Positions 18,709 to 25,954 of a DNA stretch of 34,688 nt are shown here, one piece after another. The stretch covers positions 1-34,688 of IMG/VR virus record IMGVR_UViG_3300049137_000147, one strand, 5' to 3'. Within the stretch, counting starts at the first letter, position 1. Each line of letters opens with the position of its first letter. A model generated the notes under the pieces. It made no database searches and had not been told where the DNA came from. It saw only the letters and a program-made list of their open reading frames with translations. The stretch is from a virus. Lineage: Duplodnaviria; Caudoviricetes. The position numbers were made by a program, and so were the translations under genes.

Positions 18709-19074
18709 GTGAAGATCTTCGGACGCGAACCCGCCCTGTGGCTCAACAGCCTGGCCGCCGTGCTCGGCCTGGCCGTCACCTTCAACGTCGGCGGCCTGGA
18801 CGCCGAAGAAGCCGGCTGGATCGTCGCCGGATGCTCCGCGATCCTCGGCGCGATCGCCGCGGCCCTCACCCGGCCCATCGCCGTACAGGCCTTCACCACC
18901 GCCGTCGCCACCATCGCATCCGGCGTCGCCGCGTTCGGCTACGAAGCCGCCCCCACCCACGTGGCAGCCATCAACGGCTTCGTCCTGGCCGTCCTCATGT
19001 TCGTCACCCGCGGCCAGGTCACGCCCGCCACCCCCGCTCTGACCGCCAGCAAGTCGTCTTCACCGGCCGTCTGA
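18709..19074 (+). CDS. Holin-like membrane protein
   Basis: AAGGAG RBS; MKIFGREPALW and RGQVTP motifs; about four hydrophobic segments; directly after the endolysin. Confidence 0.8.
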   Translation: MKIFGREPALWLNSLAAVLGLAVTFNVGGLDAEEAGWIVAGCSAILGAIAAALTRPIAVQAFTTAVATIASGVAAFGYEAAPTHVAAINGFVLAVLMFVTRGQVTPATPALTASKSSSPAV

Positions 19075-19086
19075 CCGGAACCCGCC

Positions 19087-19380
19087 ATGAGCGACGAGCC
19101 GACGCCCGGAGAAATGGTCCGGCGACTTGAAGATCGGCTCGCCGATGTCCGCGACGACATCCAGCAACTCGGCCGCCGCATGGACGAGAAGGTTGACCAG
19201 CGCATCTACGACCTTCGACACGAGGCACTGTCCGGGCGGGTGTCGACGCTGGAGACCCTTCGAGAAAAGGACACCGAGAAGTTGGTGGCCACCCGCAGGT
19301 GGCTGATCGGAGCCGTCGTGGTGCCGCTCATCGGGATCTTCCTTCCCGTCGTCCTCCTACTGGCGCGGGGGACAGGGTGA
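19087..19380 (+). CDS. Coiled-coil protein with C-terminal TM helix (lysis cassette)
   Basis: Heptad-like N-terminus followed by WLIGAVVVPLIGIFLPVVLLL. Confidence 0.75.
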   Translation: MSDEPTPGEMVRRLEDRLADVRDDIQQLGRRMDEKVDQRIYDLRHEALSGRVSTLETLREKDTEKLVATRRWLIGAVVVPLIGIFLPVVLLLARGTG

Positions 19381-20084
19381 GTCGAGCGCAGATCCGGGCG
19401 CAGGAGAAACGCCGCCGCCGCGGCGACGGGCTGGCCGTCGTCGCGGCCATCGTGCTGGGCGCGACCGTTTGCTGGATCCTGTTGGAGGTTCTGGCGCTGC
19501 AGGACGACCTGCGGGCATCGAACGAGGCCCGTGACGCGCTGGCCGAGCAGGTCCAGTCCCTGGGCGAGAAGCCGGTGGCCGGGCCGCCGGGGTCGCGAGG
19601 AGAACCCGGCAAGAGCGTAGAGGGCCAGCCGGGGCCGTCCGGACCGCCCGGCCCGTCAGGGCCCGCCGGGAAAGACGCTCCGACCATCTCCCCCAGTCCT
19701 GGACCGCCCGGCCCGCAGGGGCCCGTGGGCCCGGCAGGTGCCGACTCCACGATCCCCGGACCGGCAGGGCCCACGGGCCCGGCCGGGCAGGACGGAGCAC
19801 CCGGCCAGGATGGTCAGGACGGGCAGGACGGCGCCGACGGTGCTGATGGAAGCGCTGGGGCGCCGCCCAGCGAGTGGACGTTCACCGACCAGGACGGCAA
19901 CACCTACCGGTGCGTACCAGTGTCGGACTTCGACCCAGCGCAGCCTCGCTACCAGTGCACGCAGACGTCCACGGCTCAGCCGGACCCCGAACCGTCCCCT
20001 ACCCAGCAGCCCACCCCGTCGGACACACCGTCCTCGCCGGGGCTGTTGATGCCCCTGTCACTTCTTGACCGCCGCCGCGACTAG
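19377..20084 (+). CDS. Membrane-anchored collagen-like protein
   Basis: GTGA overlap; basic N-terminus, TM helix, G-X-Y triplets (GPPGPSGPA, GQDGQDGQD) and a two-Cys C-terminal domain. Confidence 0.8.
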   Translation: MSRAQIRAQEKRRRRGDGLAVVAAIVLGATVCWILLEVLALQDDLRASNEARDALAEQVQSLGEKPVAGPPGSRGEPGKSVEGQPGPSGPPGPSGPAGKDAPTISPSPGPPGPQGPVGPAGADSTIPGPAGPTGPAGQDGAPGQDGQDGQDGADGADGSAGAPPSEWTFTDQDGNTYRCVPVSDFDPAQPRYQCTQTSTAQPDPEPSPTQQPTPSDTPSSPGLLMPLSLLDRRRD

Positions 20085-20093
20085 GAGACCAAG

Positions 20094-20182
20094 ATGACCA
20101 CGGTGACCGGGAAGCTGATCGGGCCGCGCTGGCGGTCGCCCTGGACCAGCTGGGCCTGATCGACGACCAGACCACCGCCTGA
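20094..20182 (+). pseudogene. Probable internally deleted gene remnant
   Basis: AGGAG RBS and ATG give MTTVTGKLIG; a different frame gives AALAVALDQLGLIDDQTTA* with good codon use. Confidence 0.5.
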
Positions 20183-20189
20183 CCTCCGG

Positions 20190-21878
20190 CTACGGGGCGA
20201 TGCGCCCGTTGGCGTTGAACGCGGCGTGGGTGAGCGGCATCAGCCGGGCCCACTCGGCTTCCATCTTCTCTGCGACCATCTCGATCTCGCGCTGCGGGCT
20301 GGACTTGATCGCGGCCGCGGGGTGGGTGGTGCGCAGCCCCAGGAAGTGCATCAGCGACCGGGCGTTGCACGTGGCGTAGGCCGATGAGTACAGGCCGACC
20401 GGCAGGACGGAGCGAGCCACCTCCCGGGCCACGCCTGCCGCGAGCATCGCCTGGTACCCGTCGTACGCCTGCCGGTAGGCATTCACCATCACCCGGTCGA
20501 CGAGCTCGTGCTGGGCTGCGGTGCCGGGCTCGAACCGGTAGTGGCCGGCCTTGCCGACCTGGACCAGGCGCCGGTCCGGGCCCGGAATGTAGAAGACGGG
20601 CTGGAGCTCCCGGTAGCGGCCGGACTCCTCGTTGTAGGACCAGCCGACGCGGTGCCGCATGAACTCGCGGAAGACGAAGATCGGGGCGCTGATGAGGAAC
20701 GTCATCGAGTTGTGCTCGAAGGGGCTGTTGCCGCACCAGAGCGGCATGCCGTTCCGACGGACGTAGACGATGCCGTTGGGCACGGTGACGCAGTGGACCA
20801 TCCCCTTGTACTGCACGCTGCGCACCTGACGGTCCCGGTCGGCCCTGGTCCAGCCGATGCGCTGGTGGAGCTTCCGGCTCTTGTAGATGGTCATCTGGAA
20901 GACCGGCTTGGTGCCGAAGTGCCCAGCGCCCATGACCTGTAGGCGCCACGTCGCCGCCGTGCCGATCTTCGCTGCTATCTCCTGCACCTGGTCGCGCAAC
21001 ACGGCGCTGGTGGTGGTGTAGGTGCGACGGCCATTCTGAGCTGTGTGCCCATCTGAAGCCATCAAGCCGTCCAGGAGGGCGGTCAGGGACTCCGGCGAGC
21101 TGTCGAGCAGTTCGGCGGGCACTGTCTTCTCGCGCTCGCTGGTGTACGACCGCTTGGCCAGGAGCCTGAAGTCGGCGTCCGTCAGCAAGCGGTAGCGGTC
21201 GCCGTGTTGCGTCACGCGGAAGCCGCACGCTTCTGCGGCTTCATGGAGGAAAGCGATCTTCCTAGGGCGGCGGAGGTGGAACTCGATGGAAGCCGCCAGA
21301 TTGCCGTCACCGATGAAGAAGCCGAGCAGAGCCATGCGGGCTGAGTCAACGGATCGCTCGCCAACCCATCTTCCGAAGGCCAGTGGCACCTTGTGGCACC
21401 GGTAGTGCAGTTCCCAGGCGTCGTGCATGTTCCAGTGCCACCCTTTGTGAGTGCGGGCGGCTGCCAGCATCTTGTGATCCGGCGTCACAAGGAGATCGGT
21501 GGACATCCCCTTGATCCGGATCATCTCGCCGTCCCACGGCTTGTGGATGACGCGGAGGGCGCGCTGATACTCCTGCACCCCGGTCACCCGGTTGACCGTC
21601 AGGAACTCTTCGGTGCCGTCCACGTCGGGCCATCTCTTCCAGCCGGCGCGGGTGAGGACCTCGGTTTCGTCGTCGTAGCAGCCGTGCCTGTCGCGCATCA
21701 GGTAGTTGATCAGCCCCTTGGACCGCTCGGGGTCCTTGCCGATCTCGTCGATGGACTGCTCGCCGAGGGTGGAGACGCGGGCGGCGAAGAGGACGTCGGC
21801 GTCGGACGCGGTGTGCTTGACCAGCTCCACAGTCACGTCACTGCGGAAGACGGGCTCGAGGGAAGGGGCGTCGGGCAC
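20190..21878 (-). CDS. thyX: FAD-dependent thymidylate synthase, intein-containing
   Basis: GGAG RBS and GTG at 21878; AARVS, RHG|SPFEH, ThyX signature RHRVGWSYNEESGRY, EVARSVLP, NARSLMHFLGLR, QREI. Confidence 0.93.
   Translation of the reverse strand: MPDAPSLEPVFRSDVTVELVKHTASDADVLFAARVSTLGEQSIDEIGKDPERSKGLINYLMRDRHGCYDDETEVLTRAGWKRWPDVDGTEEFLTVNRVTGVQEYQRALRVIHKPWDGEMIRIKGMSTDLLVTPDHKMLAAARTHKGWHWNMHDAWELHYRCHKVPLAFGRWVGERSVDSARMALLGFFIGDGNLAASIEFHLRRPRKIAFLHEAAEACGFRVTQHGDRYRLLTDADFRLLAKRSYTSEREKTVPAELLDSSPESLTALLDGLMASDGHTAQNGRRTYTTTSAVLRDQVQEIAAKIGTAATWRLQVMGAGHFGTKPVFQMTIYKSRKLHQRIGWTRADRDRQVRSVQYKGMVHCVTVPNGIVYVRRNGMPLWCGNSPFEHNSMTFLISAPIFVFREFMRHRVGWSYNEESGRYRELQPVFYIPGPDRRLVQVGKAGHYRFEPGTAAQHELVDRVMVNAYRQAYDGYQAMLAAGVAREVARSVLPVGLYSSAYATCNARSLMHFLGLRTTHPAAAIKSSPQREIEMVAEKMEAEWARLMPLTHAAFNANGRIAP
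20727..21680 (-). mobile_element. Intein (318 aa) with LAGLIDADG homing endonuclease
   Basis: Begins CYDDETEVLT; block B LVTPDH; LAGLIDADG helices LLGFFIGDG and LLDGLMASDG; ends VHCVTVPNG...WCGN before Ser+1. Confidence 0.92.
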
Positions 21879-21964
21879 GGGCGGGCTCCGTTCGGGAAGG
21901 CGGTACGCCCATCGTCCCGGCCCCGGCGCGAGTCGTTCCCTCCGCACGATCGTACGATGGCCGC

Positions 21965-22141
21965 ATGAGCACCCCCACCTCCGCCAGACCCAAGCCGCCC
22001 ACCCCTGAGTGCGCTCCGTCGCAGGTCGGGCCGTGTTCGAAGTGCCAGGAGCCGTGCCACCGGTACGGCCTGGGCGGATGCCCGCTGTGCGTGGTCTGCC
22101 AGCAGGAGCTGGAGGAGTGGCGGGCCAAGCAGAAGGCCTGA
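21965..22141 (+). CDS. 58-aa Cys-rich putative Zn-finger protein, probably leaderless
   Basis: MSTPTSARPKPPTPECAPSQVGPCSKCQEPCHRYGLGGCPLCVVCQQELEEWRAKQKA*; -10-like TACGAT about 6 nt before ATG; absent from the ORF track. Confidence 0.65.
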   Translation: MSTPTSARPKPPTPECAPSQVGPCSKCQEPCHRYGLGGCPLCVVCQQELEEWRAKQKA

Positions 22142-22152
22142 GCCCTCGGGCG

Positions 22153-22175
22153 TTGTCAGTGGCCGCAGGTACCGT
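22153..22175 (+). promoter_or_regulatory. RecA-NDp / PafBC-type DNA-damage promoter
   Basis: TTGTCAG-tggccgcagg-TACCGT fits TGTC(G/A)G-N10-TAnnnT. Confidence 0.65.
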
Positions 22176-22247
22176 TGATGCAGTTCGGGCTGCTGTGGGC
22201 CAAAGGAGGCCCATGACGGGCGGCAGTCCTGTACGCGGGGAGGCCAG

Positions 22248-22532
22248 ATGGCCAAGAGCGGCGGGTTCAAGTTCTCGGCGAGCGATCAGCGGAAGCTGGA
22301 GCGCGCGGTGCAGAAGCAGGCGTCGAAGGCACTGCGCCCGCTGGCTGCCGATCTGGAGTCGATGCTGAACGGCATGTCGGGCGAGTTCGAGGGGCGCCCG
22401 GTGGAGGAGATCAAGCCGGTGCTGGCTCAGCGCTGGGCGAAGGCGACGCCGGGCGGGTCGATCACGGAGCCAGAGCTGACGCAATACGCGGAGCAGATCG
22501 CGGCTGGTGGGTCCTTCACGATGCGGACCTGA
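22248..22532 (+). CDS. Hypothetical protein
   Basis: GGGGAGG RBS; 94 aa; followed by a terminator hairpin. Confidence 0.75.
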   Translation: MAKSGGFKFSASDQRKLERAVQKQASKALRPLAADLESMLNGMSGEFEGRPVEEIKPVLAQRWAKATPGGSITEPELTQYAEQIAAGGSFTMRT

Positions 22533-22550
22533 CCATCGGTAGCCTGCATG

Positions 22551-22587
22551 ACGGTGCCCCCGCTGCTTTCCTCAGCGGGGGCACCGT
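22551..22587. terminator. Bidirectional terminator hairpin
   Basis: 15-bp perfect stem ACGGTGCCCCCGCTG / CAGCGGGGGCACCGT between convergent genes. Confidence 0.75.
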
Positions 22588-22595
22588 TGCGTTGA

Positions 22596-22769
22596 TCAGA
22601 CTCGAGGGAGCACGACCTGGCCGTCTTCGGTGAGCCGGCGCCAGAACGTCCCCTCGGACTCGTGGACGACACGGGCGGCTTCCACGGGGTCCTCGGTGGT
22701 GAGGATGGGCTCCCAGTCGTCGGGGCCGGGACGGCTTCGGGCTGTCCCGTCGACCTGATAGGTGGCCAT
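22596..22769 (-). CDS. Cassette ORF 6, hypothetical (57 aa)
   Basis: MATYQVDG... begins right after the linker RBS (GAGG). Confidence 0.7.
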   Translation of the reverse strand: MATYQVDGTARSRPGPDDWEPILTTEDPVEAARVVHESEGTFWRRLTEDGQVVLPRV

Positions 22770-22780
22770 GGTCGGTGCCC

Positions 22781-23248
22781 TCACTTCTCGGTGGCGCGGT
22801 CAGTTCCAAAGGCGGTGCGCCAGGCGCTCATCAGGTCACGACGCGTCATCTCAGAGACGCATTCTCCTGCCATAGCCGCCATGAGCGCACAGCTGAACGC
22901 GTCGTTGGCCTCCCAGAAAGGGCCACCCTTCGACCACGTGTGCTCAGTGGCCGCATCGCACGCCTCAGCGGCGTCACTCCAGTCGGCGAGCCCAGTTCCA
23001 GATAGCGCAGCATGCGCCTCCTCCAGGTCAAGCTCCCAGTTCGGGCCCAGTGCATAGGAGGCGATTTTCTCCGCCTGTTCCCGTGTGAGATTGGCAGCCT
23101 GCTGCAGGACGACCATGACGTCCCGCCAGTTCTTGCCGAGCAGCAGGGCGAGATCAGCGTCGGTGCAGTTCTCCGGGTCGGCGGCACGAGCGTGCTGGGC
23201 CAGGGTCTCGGTGACTCGCTCGTCCAAGTTGCTCAGCTCGTAGCTCAT
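22781..23248 (-). CDS. Cassette ORF 5, hypothetical (155 aa), ends DRATEK
   Basis: MSYELSNLDERV... after the linker RBS; more A/T-ending codons than its neighbours by eye. Confidence 0.75.
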   Translation of the reverse strand: MSYELSNLDERVTETLAQHARAADPENCTDADLALLLGKNWRDVMVVLQQAANLTREQAEKIASYALGPNWELDLEEAHAALSGTGLADWSDAAEACDAATEHTWSKGGPFWEANDAFSCALMAAMAGECVSEMTRRDLMSAWRTAFGTDRATEK

Positions 23249-23259
23249 GCTCGGTGTCC

Positions 23260-23505
23260 TCACTTCTCGGTGGCGCGGTCAGCGGGCTGGTAGTCGTGCC
23301 GGTAGCCGCGCTGCTCAGGGTGGCAGCGGCGGCAGAAGCCTGCGCCGTGCTGCTTCTGGTACCAGTCCCGGTGCACGTCACCAGCGTGTCCGCAGGCGGC
23401 GCAGGGGGTGGTGCAGGTGTGCGAGGTGCAGCCGTCTCGGACATCTGCCTGCGTGGGGCCACCGCACGTCGTGCACGGACCGGTCTGGGTGGTGGTGGCG
23501 GTCAT
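23260..23505 (-). CDS. Cassette ORF 4, Cys/His-rich (81 aa), ends DRATEK
   Basis: CTTC, CAACGH...H and CRRC motifs; linker RBS. Confidence 0.75.
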   Translation of the reverse strand: MTATTTQTGPCTTCGGPTQADVRDGCTSHTCTTPCAACGHAGDVHRDWYQKQHGAGFCRRCHPEQRGYRHDYQPADRATEK

Positions 23506-23517
23506 GGTGTCCTCACT

Positions 23518-23703
23518 TCAGTCGTCGCGGTCGGCGGGCGGGCCGACCTCGGGGGTGGTCTCCAGCTTGTCGGCCTCGGCGCGTAGCGCTCCGGCCTTCT
23601 CCAGCCACATGCGCTCGTCGTCGGTACGCGGCCCGGCGGTGACCGGAGACACGCGGCTTTCCAGCTCGTCGGCGCGGGCCCGGAGTTCGGCAGGTGTCGG
23701 CAT
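23518..23703 (-). CDS. Cassette ORF 3, helical (61 aa)
   Basis: MPTPAELRARADELE...LRAEADKLE...ADRDD*; linker RBS. Confidence 0.7.
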   Translation of the reverse strand: MPTPAELRARADELESRVSPVTAGPRTDDERMWLEKAGALRAEADKLETTPEVGPPADRDD

Positions 23704-23714
23704 GATCGGTGTCC

Positions 23715-24020
23715 TCACTTCTCGCGGTGGTGTCGGTTGACGTGGTTGTTGATGCTCTCGCGGGCGCCCCGGTAGCCGCAGCCGCGCGGGCACTCCAGCC
23801 ACAGCCCCTTGTCCACGGCGGCCTTGGTGACGGACTTGTCGTCGTCGGGGCCGTAGCCGTGGGCGTGGAGCATCTGGGCGACGGAAGCGTCGTAATGGAT
23901 GGCGAGGAACGCGGCTTCGGCGGTCTTGTCGTGGCCGGCGGCGAAGTACCGGCCGTAGCCGATCTCCTTGCCGCAGCCGCAGTAGCAGCGGCCGGTGGGC
24001 TGGGCGGTGGTGTCGCTCAT
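23715..24020 (-). CDS. Cassette ORF 2, CxCGCG...GHD metal-binding protein (101 aa)
   Basis: RCYCGCG...FAAGHD plus a C-terminal CPRGC...H..RHH Zn-finger-like motif; linker RBS. Confidence 0.75.
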   Translation of the reverse strand: MSDTTAQPTGRCYCGCGKEIGYGRYFAAGHDKTAEAAFLAIHYDASVAQMLHAHGYGPDDDKSVTKAAVDKGLWLECPRGCGYRGARESINNHVNRHHREK

Positions 24021-24031
24021 GGTTCGTGTCC

Positions 24032-24286
24032 TCAGTGCTCGGTCGCGGTGAGCGCATCTTCCAGGCGGTCGGCCTCTCGACGGAGACTGTCGGCCTGCTC
24101 CGGGTGGTCGTGGTTCAGCCGGTCGGCGGCCTCGCGGAGCACGGCCGGGTCGGTGTGCCGCTGCTCCCACTGGGGATCGGCCAGACTGCCGGGCAGCGGG
24201 CCTTCGGACCGGCAGTTCTCGCACCAACGCCGGTAGGCGCCGGGGTACTCGACCTCGCACTCGCAGTTCGGGTCTCGGTATCGCAT
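24032..24286 (-). CDS. Cassette ORF 1 (84 aa), ends TATEH
   Basis: AAAGAGGT RBS before ATG at 24286; CEC...CENC and LRREADRLE. Confidence 0.7.
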   Translation of the reverse strand: MRYRDPNCECEVEYPGAYRRWCENCRSEGPLPGSLADPQWEQRHTDPAVLREAADRLNHDHPEQADSLRREADRLEDALTATEH

Positions 24287-24329
24287 GGCGAAGTACCTCT
24301 TTCCTCGTGGCGGCGGCTGATGCTCTATC

Positions 24330-24375
24330 AGCGTAGCCATCCTTGGAATGTTTGGCAACCCTTGGATTCCTTGGA
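24330..24375 (-). promoter_or_regulatory. Housekeeping-sigma promoter of the cassette operon with overlapping direct repeats
   Basis: TTGCCA(24358-53)-17 nt-TACGCT(24335-30); CCTTGGA at 24341, 24360 and 24369. Confidence 0.7.
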
Positions 24376-24511
24376 TGGAGATGTCGGTGAGCGGGCCAGG
24401 TTGAAGGAGGCGGGCGAGCGCAGAATCGCTCCTGACGAAGAATCTGACGCCCTGTCACGCGATAAGCTCACATGCGCCGCATCTCAGCGCCCTTTCGCCC
24501 GTTGACCATGC

Positions 24512-25045
24512 GTGCGCGCTGAAGAACGACGGCAACTCGTCGGTGACGAAGTCATCGCCCACATCCGTTCCCAGACCAGGGCAACGGAACGGCTCACTCT
24601 GGATAATGTTCCTTTAGAGGACCGTTCGTCCCCCTGCACTCCGGAGGTCGTCATGGGGCACCGCCCATACCCGAACGCCGACCGGAGTCGTCGGTACGTT
24701 GACGCCCGACACGGCAGCAACTGCCCTCGGTGCGGACACCGCGCCAGTGTCCACCCGTACAGGCGCGGCCAGTTCGAGTGCGGCCGCTCTCGCGATGGCA
24801 TGCCGTCGTGCCGTGAGTGCTCCGCCCGGATCGTGCGGCTCAGGAGCGGGCCGTTTCCCGCGCTGGCGGATGCGGCCGTGGGATTCCAGATGCTCATGCC
24901 GCCGCTGCCGTCCGCGAATGTGACACCGGGGCGTGCGGTGATCGGCAACCAGATCACCGTGGCGGTGAAGGGCAACACCATGTCCGTGGCGGACGCGGTC
25001 CGCTGTGGCCTGATCTCCCTGGATCGCTCCAGGCGACGCGCATAA
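24512..25045 (+). CDS. Hypothetical protein with Zn-finger-like CPRCGH...H...C...CREC
   Basis: Open 177-aa frame with a Cys cluster; start uncertain. Confidence 0.5.
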   Translation: MRAEERRQLVGDEVIAHIRSQTRATERLTLDNVPLEDRSSPCTPEVVMGHRPYPNADRSRRYVDARHGSNCPRCGHRASVHPYRRGQFECGRSRDGMPSCRECSARIVRLRSGPFPALADAAVGFQMLMPPLPSANVTPGRAVIGNQITVAVKGNTMSVADAVRCGLISLDRSRRRA

Positions 25046-25080
25046 CGTGTGTTAAGCATGATCGCCGGTAGACTCAGATC

Positions 25081-25359
25081 ATGAGTGAACCGGCGCTCCC
25101 ACAACCCACCATGGCAGACATCGAAGCCCTGGAAGCCTTCATCAAAGCCCGCGTCACCCCGCTCCATCGCAAAGCCGCCTACAAGTCCGAGGAGCTAAGA
25201 GCGTTCCAAGCCCTACTGGACGCCGTGACGGTCACGATCGGCTCTGCCGAAGCCGCGACGAAGCAGGACCAGTATCTCGGCATGCAACGCCTCACTCTGG
25301 CCGTCATCGCCCGCCAGTGGAACGACCACCCAGACTTCCAGGCTGAGTGGAACAGATGA
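25081..25359 (+). CDS. Hypothetical protein (DUF6221-like C-terminus), probably leaderless
   Basis: TAGACT 6 nt before ATG; ends ARQWNDHPDFQAEW. Confidence 0.7.
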   Translation: MSEPALPQPTMADIEALEAFIKARVTPLHRKAAYKSEELRAFQALLDAVTVTIGSAEAATKQDQYLGMQRLTLAVIARQWNDHPDFQAEWNR

Positions 25360-25487
25360 GCAACCACACGGTCACCACCCGGCCCCGTGCCGAACTCGCA
25401 ACCCCCGGCAGCGCGGAGGAGGCCCTGTTCTGGCTCCGCGACACCCTCGGTACCGTCGCCCGCCGCGACCCCCGCACCCGCCGCTGA
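25356..25487 (+). CDS. Small hypothetical protein (43 aa)
   Basis: ATGA overlap; MSNHTVTTRPRAELATPGSAEEALFWLRDTLGTVARRDPRTRR*. Confidence 0.45.
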   Translation: MSNHTVTTRPRAELATPGSAEEALFWLRDTLGTVARRDPRTRR

Positions 25488-25510
25488 CGCTGCCTGGGCA
25501 GGGATCATCT

Positions 25511-25551
25511 CCTATGGCGTCGGATAACCTCTCCTTATCCGATCACATAGG
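25511..25551. other. loxP/dif-like tyrosine recombinase core site candidate
   Basis: CCTATGgcgTCGGATAA-cctctcc-TTATCCGAtcaCATAGG: 17-bp inverted arms (14/17 match) around a 7-bp asymmetric spacer. Confidence 0.6.
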
Positions 25552-25561
25552 GGAGCGGTCC

Positions 25562-25954
25562 GTGAACGACAGAGAGAACGTCCTTCAACACATCAACGGC
25601 CTGTTCTACATGGACCTCGGGCTCTGCGGTTGCGGCAATCCCGAAGAAGCCTTCGACCTCGTACGAAACCTGCTCAACCTGACCCCGTTCTACGAACACC
25701 GCGAACAGATCACCGAACTCATCGGGACCGGCGCTTCCGGCCACATCATCCTGTCCGCACTGGACAAGGCCGACCTGATCGAACACGGCAACACCATCCA
25801 CGGATCGTGGCTCACCAACAAGGGCCAGTGGCACCGCAAGGCCATGGCCACCGTGGACGACTGGGAGCAGATCGACGTCGGACTGCCCCACAACGGAAAG
25901 TCGTGCACCGACGCCTGCTGGGCACAGCCCATCCCGCAGGGCACCCGCCCATGA
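25562..25954 (+). CDS. Hypothetical protein (winged-helix-like), coupled to the recombinase gene
   Basis: GGGGAG RBS and GTG; LCGCGNPE and LDKADLIEHG....SWLTNKG; ATGA overlap with the recombinase. Confidence 0.7.
   Translation: MNDRENVLQHINGLFYMDLGLCGCGNPEEAFDLVRNLLNLTPFYEHREQITELIGTGASGHIILSALDKADLIEHGNTIHGSWLTNKGQWHRKAMATVDDWEQIDVGLPHNGKSCTDACWAQPIPQGTRP

Larger units (their letters stand above)
22772..24052 (-). repeat. Five gene-junction linker repeats
   Basis: Copies at 22772-22803 and 23251-23282 (31/32 identical), degenerate copies at 23506-23538, 23706-23724 and 24026-24052; minus-strand consensus CTGACCGCGCCACCGAGAAGTGAGGACACCGA. Confidence 0.9.

Noticed and set aside
21879-22484. 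N-terminal extension of the 764-aa ThyX ORF
   Set aside because: Overlaps two better plus-strand genes; ThyX similarity and the RBS begin at 21878.
22772-24052. CRISPR array or integron attC interpretation of the 32-bp repeats
   Set aside because: Spacing is about 200-480 bp and filled by whole ORFs, the repeats are not palindromic, and no cas or IntI-type gene is evident.
24382-24403. Second possible RecA-NDp promoter (TGTCGG...CAGGTT)
   Set aside because: Spacing is one base short and the -10 lacks the initial T.
24597-24621. GGATAA-containing sequence resembling the 25511 half-site
   Set aside because: No convincing inverted partner arm, and it lies inside an ORF.
25630-25950. N-terminal extension of the 460-aa recombinase ORF
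   Set aside because: Out-of-frame overlap with the 25562-25954 gene; ATGA coupling supports 25951.
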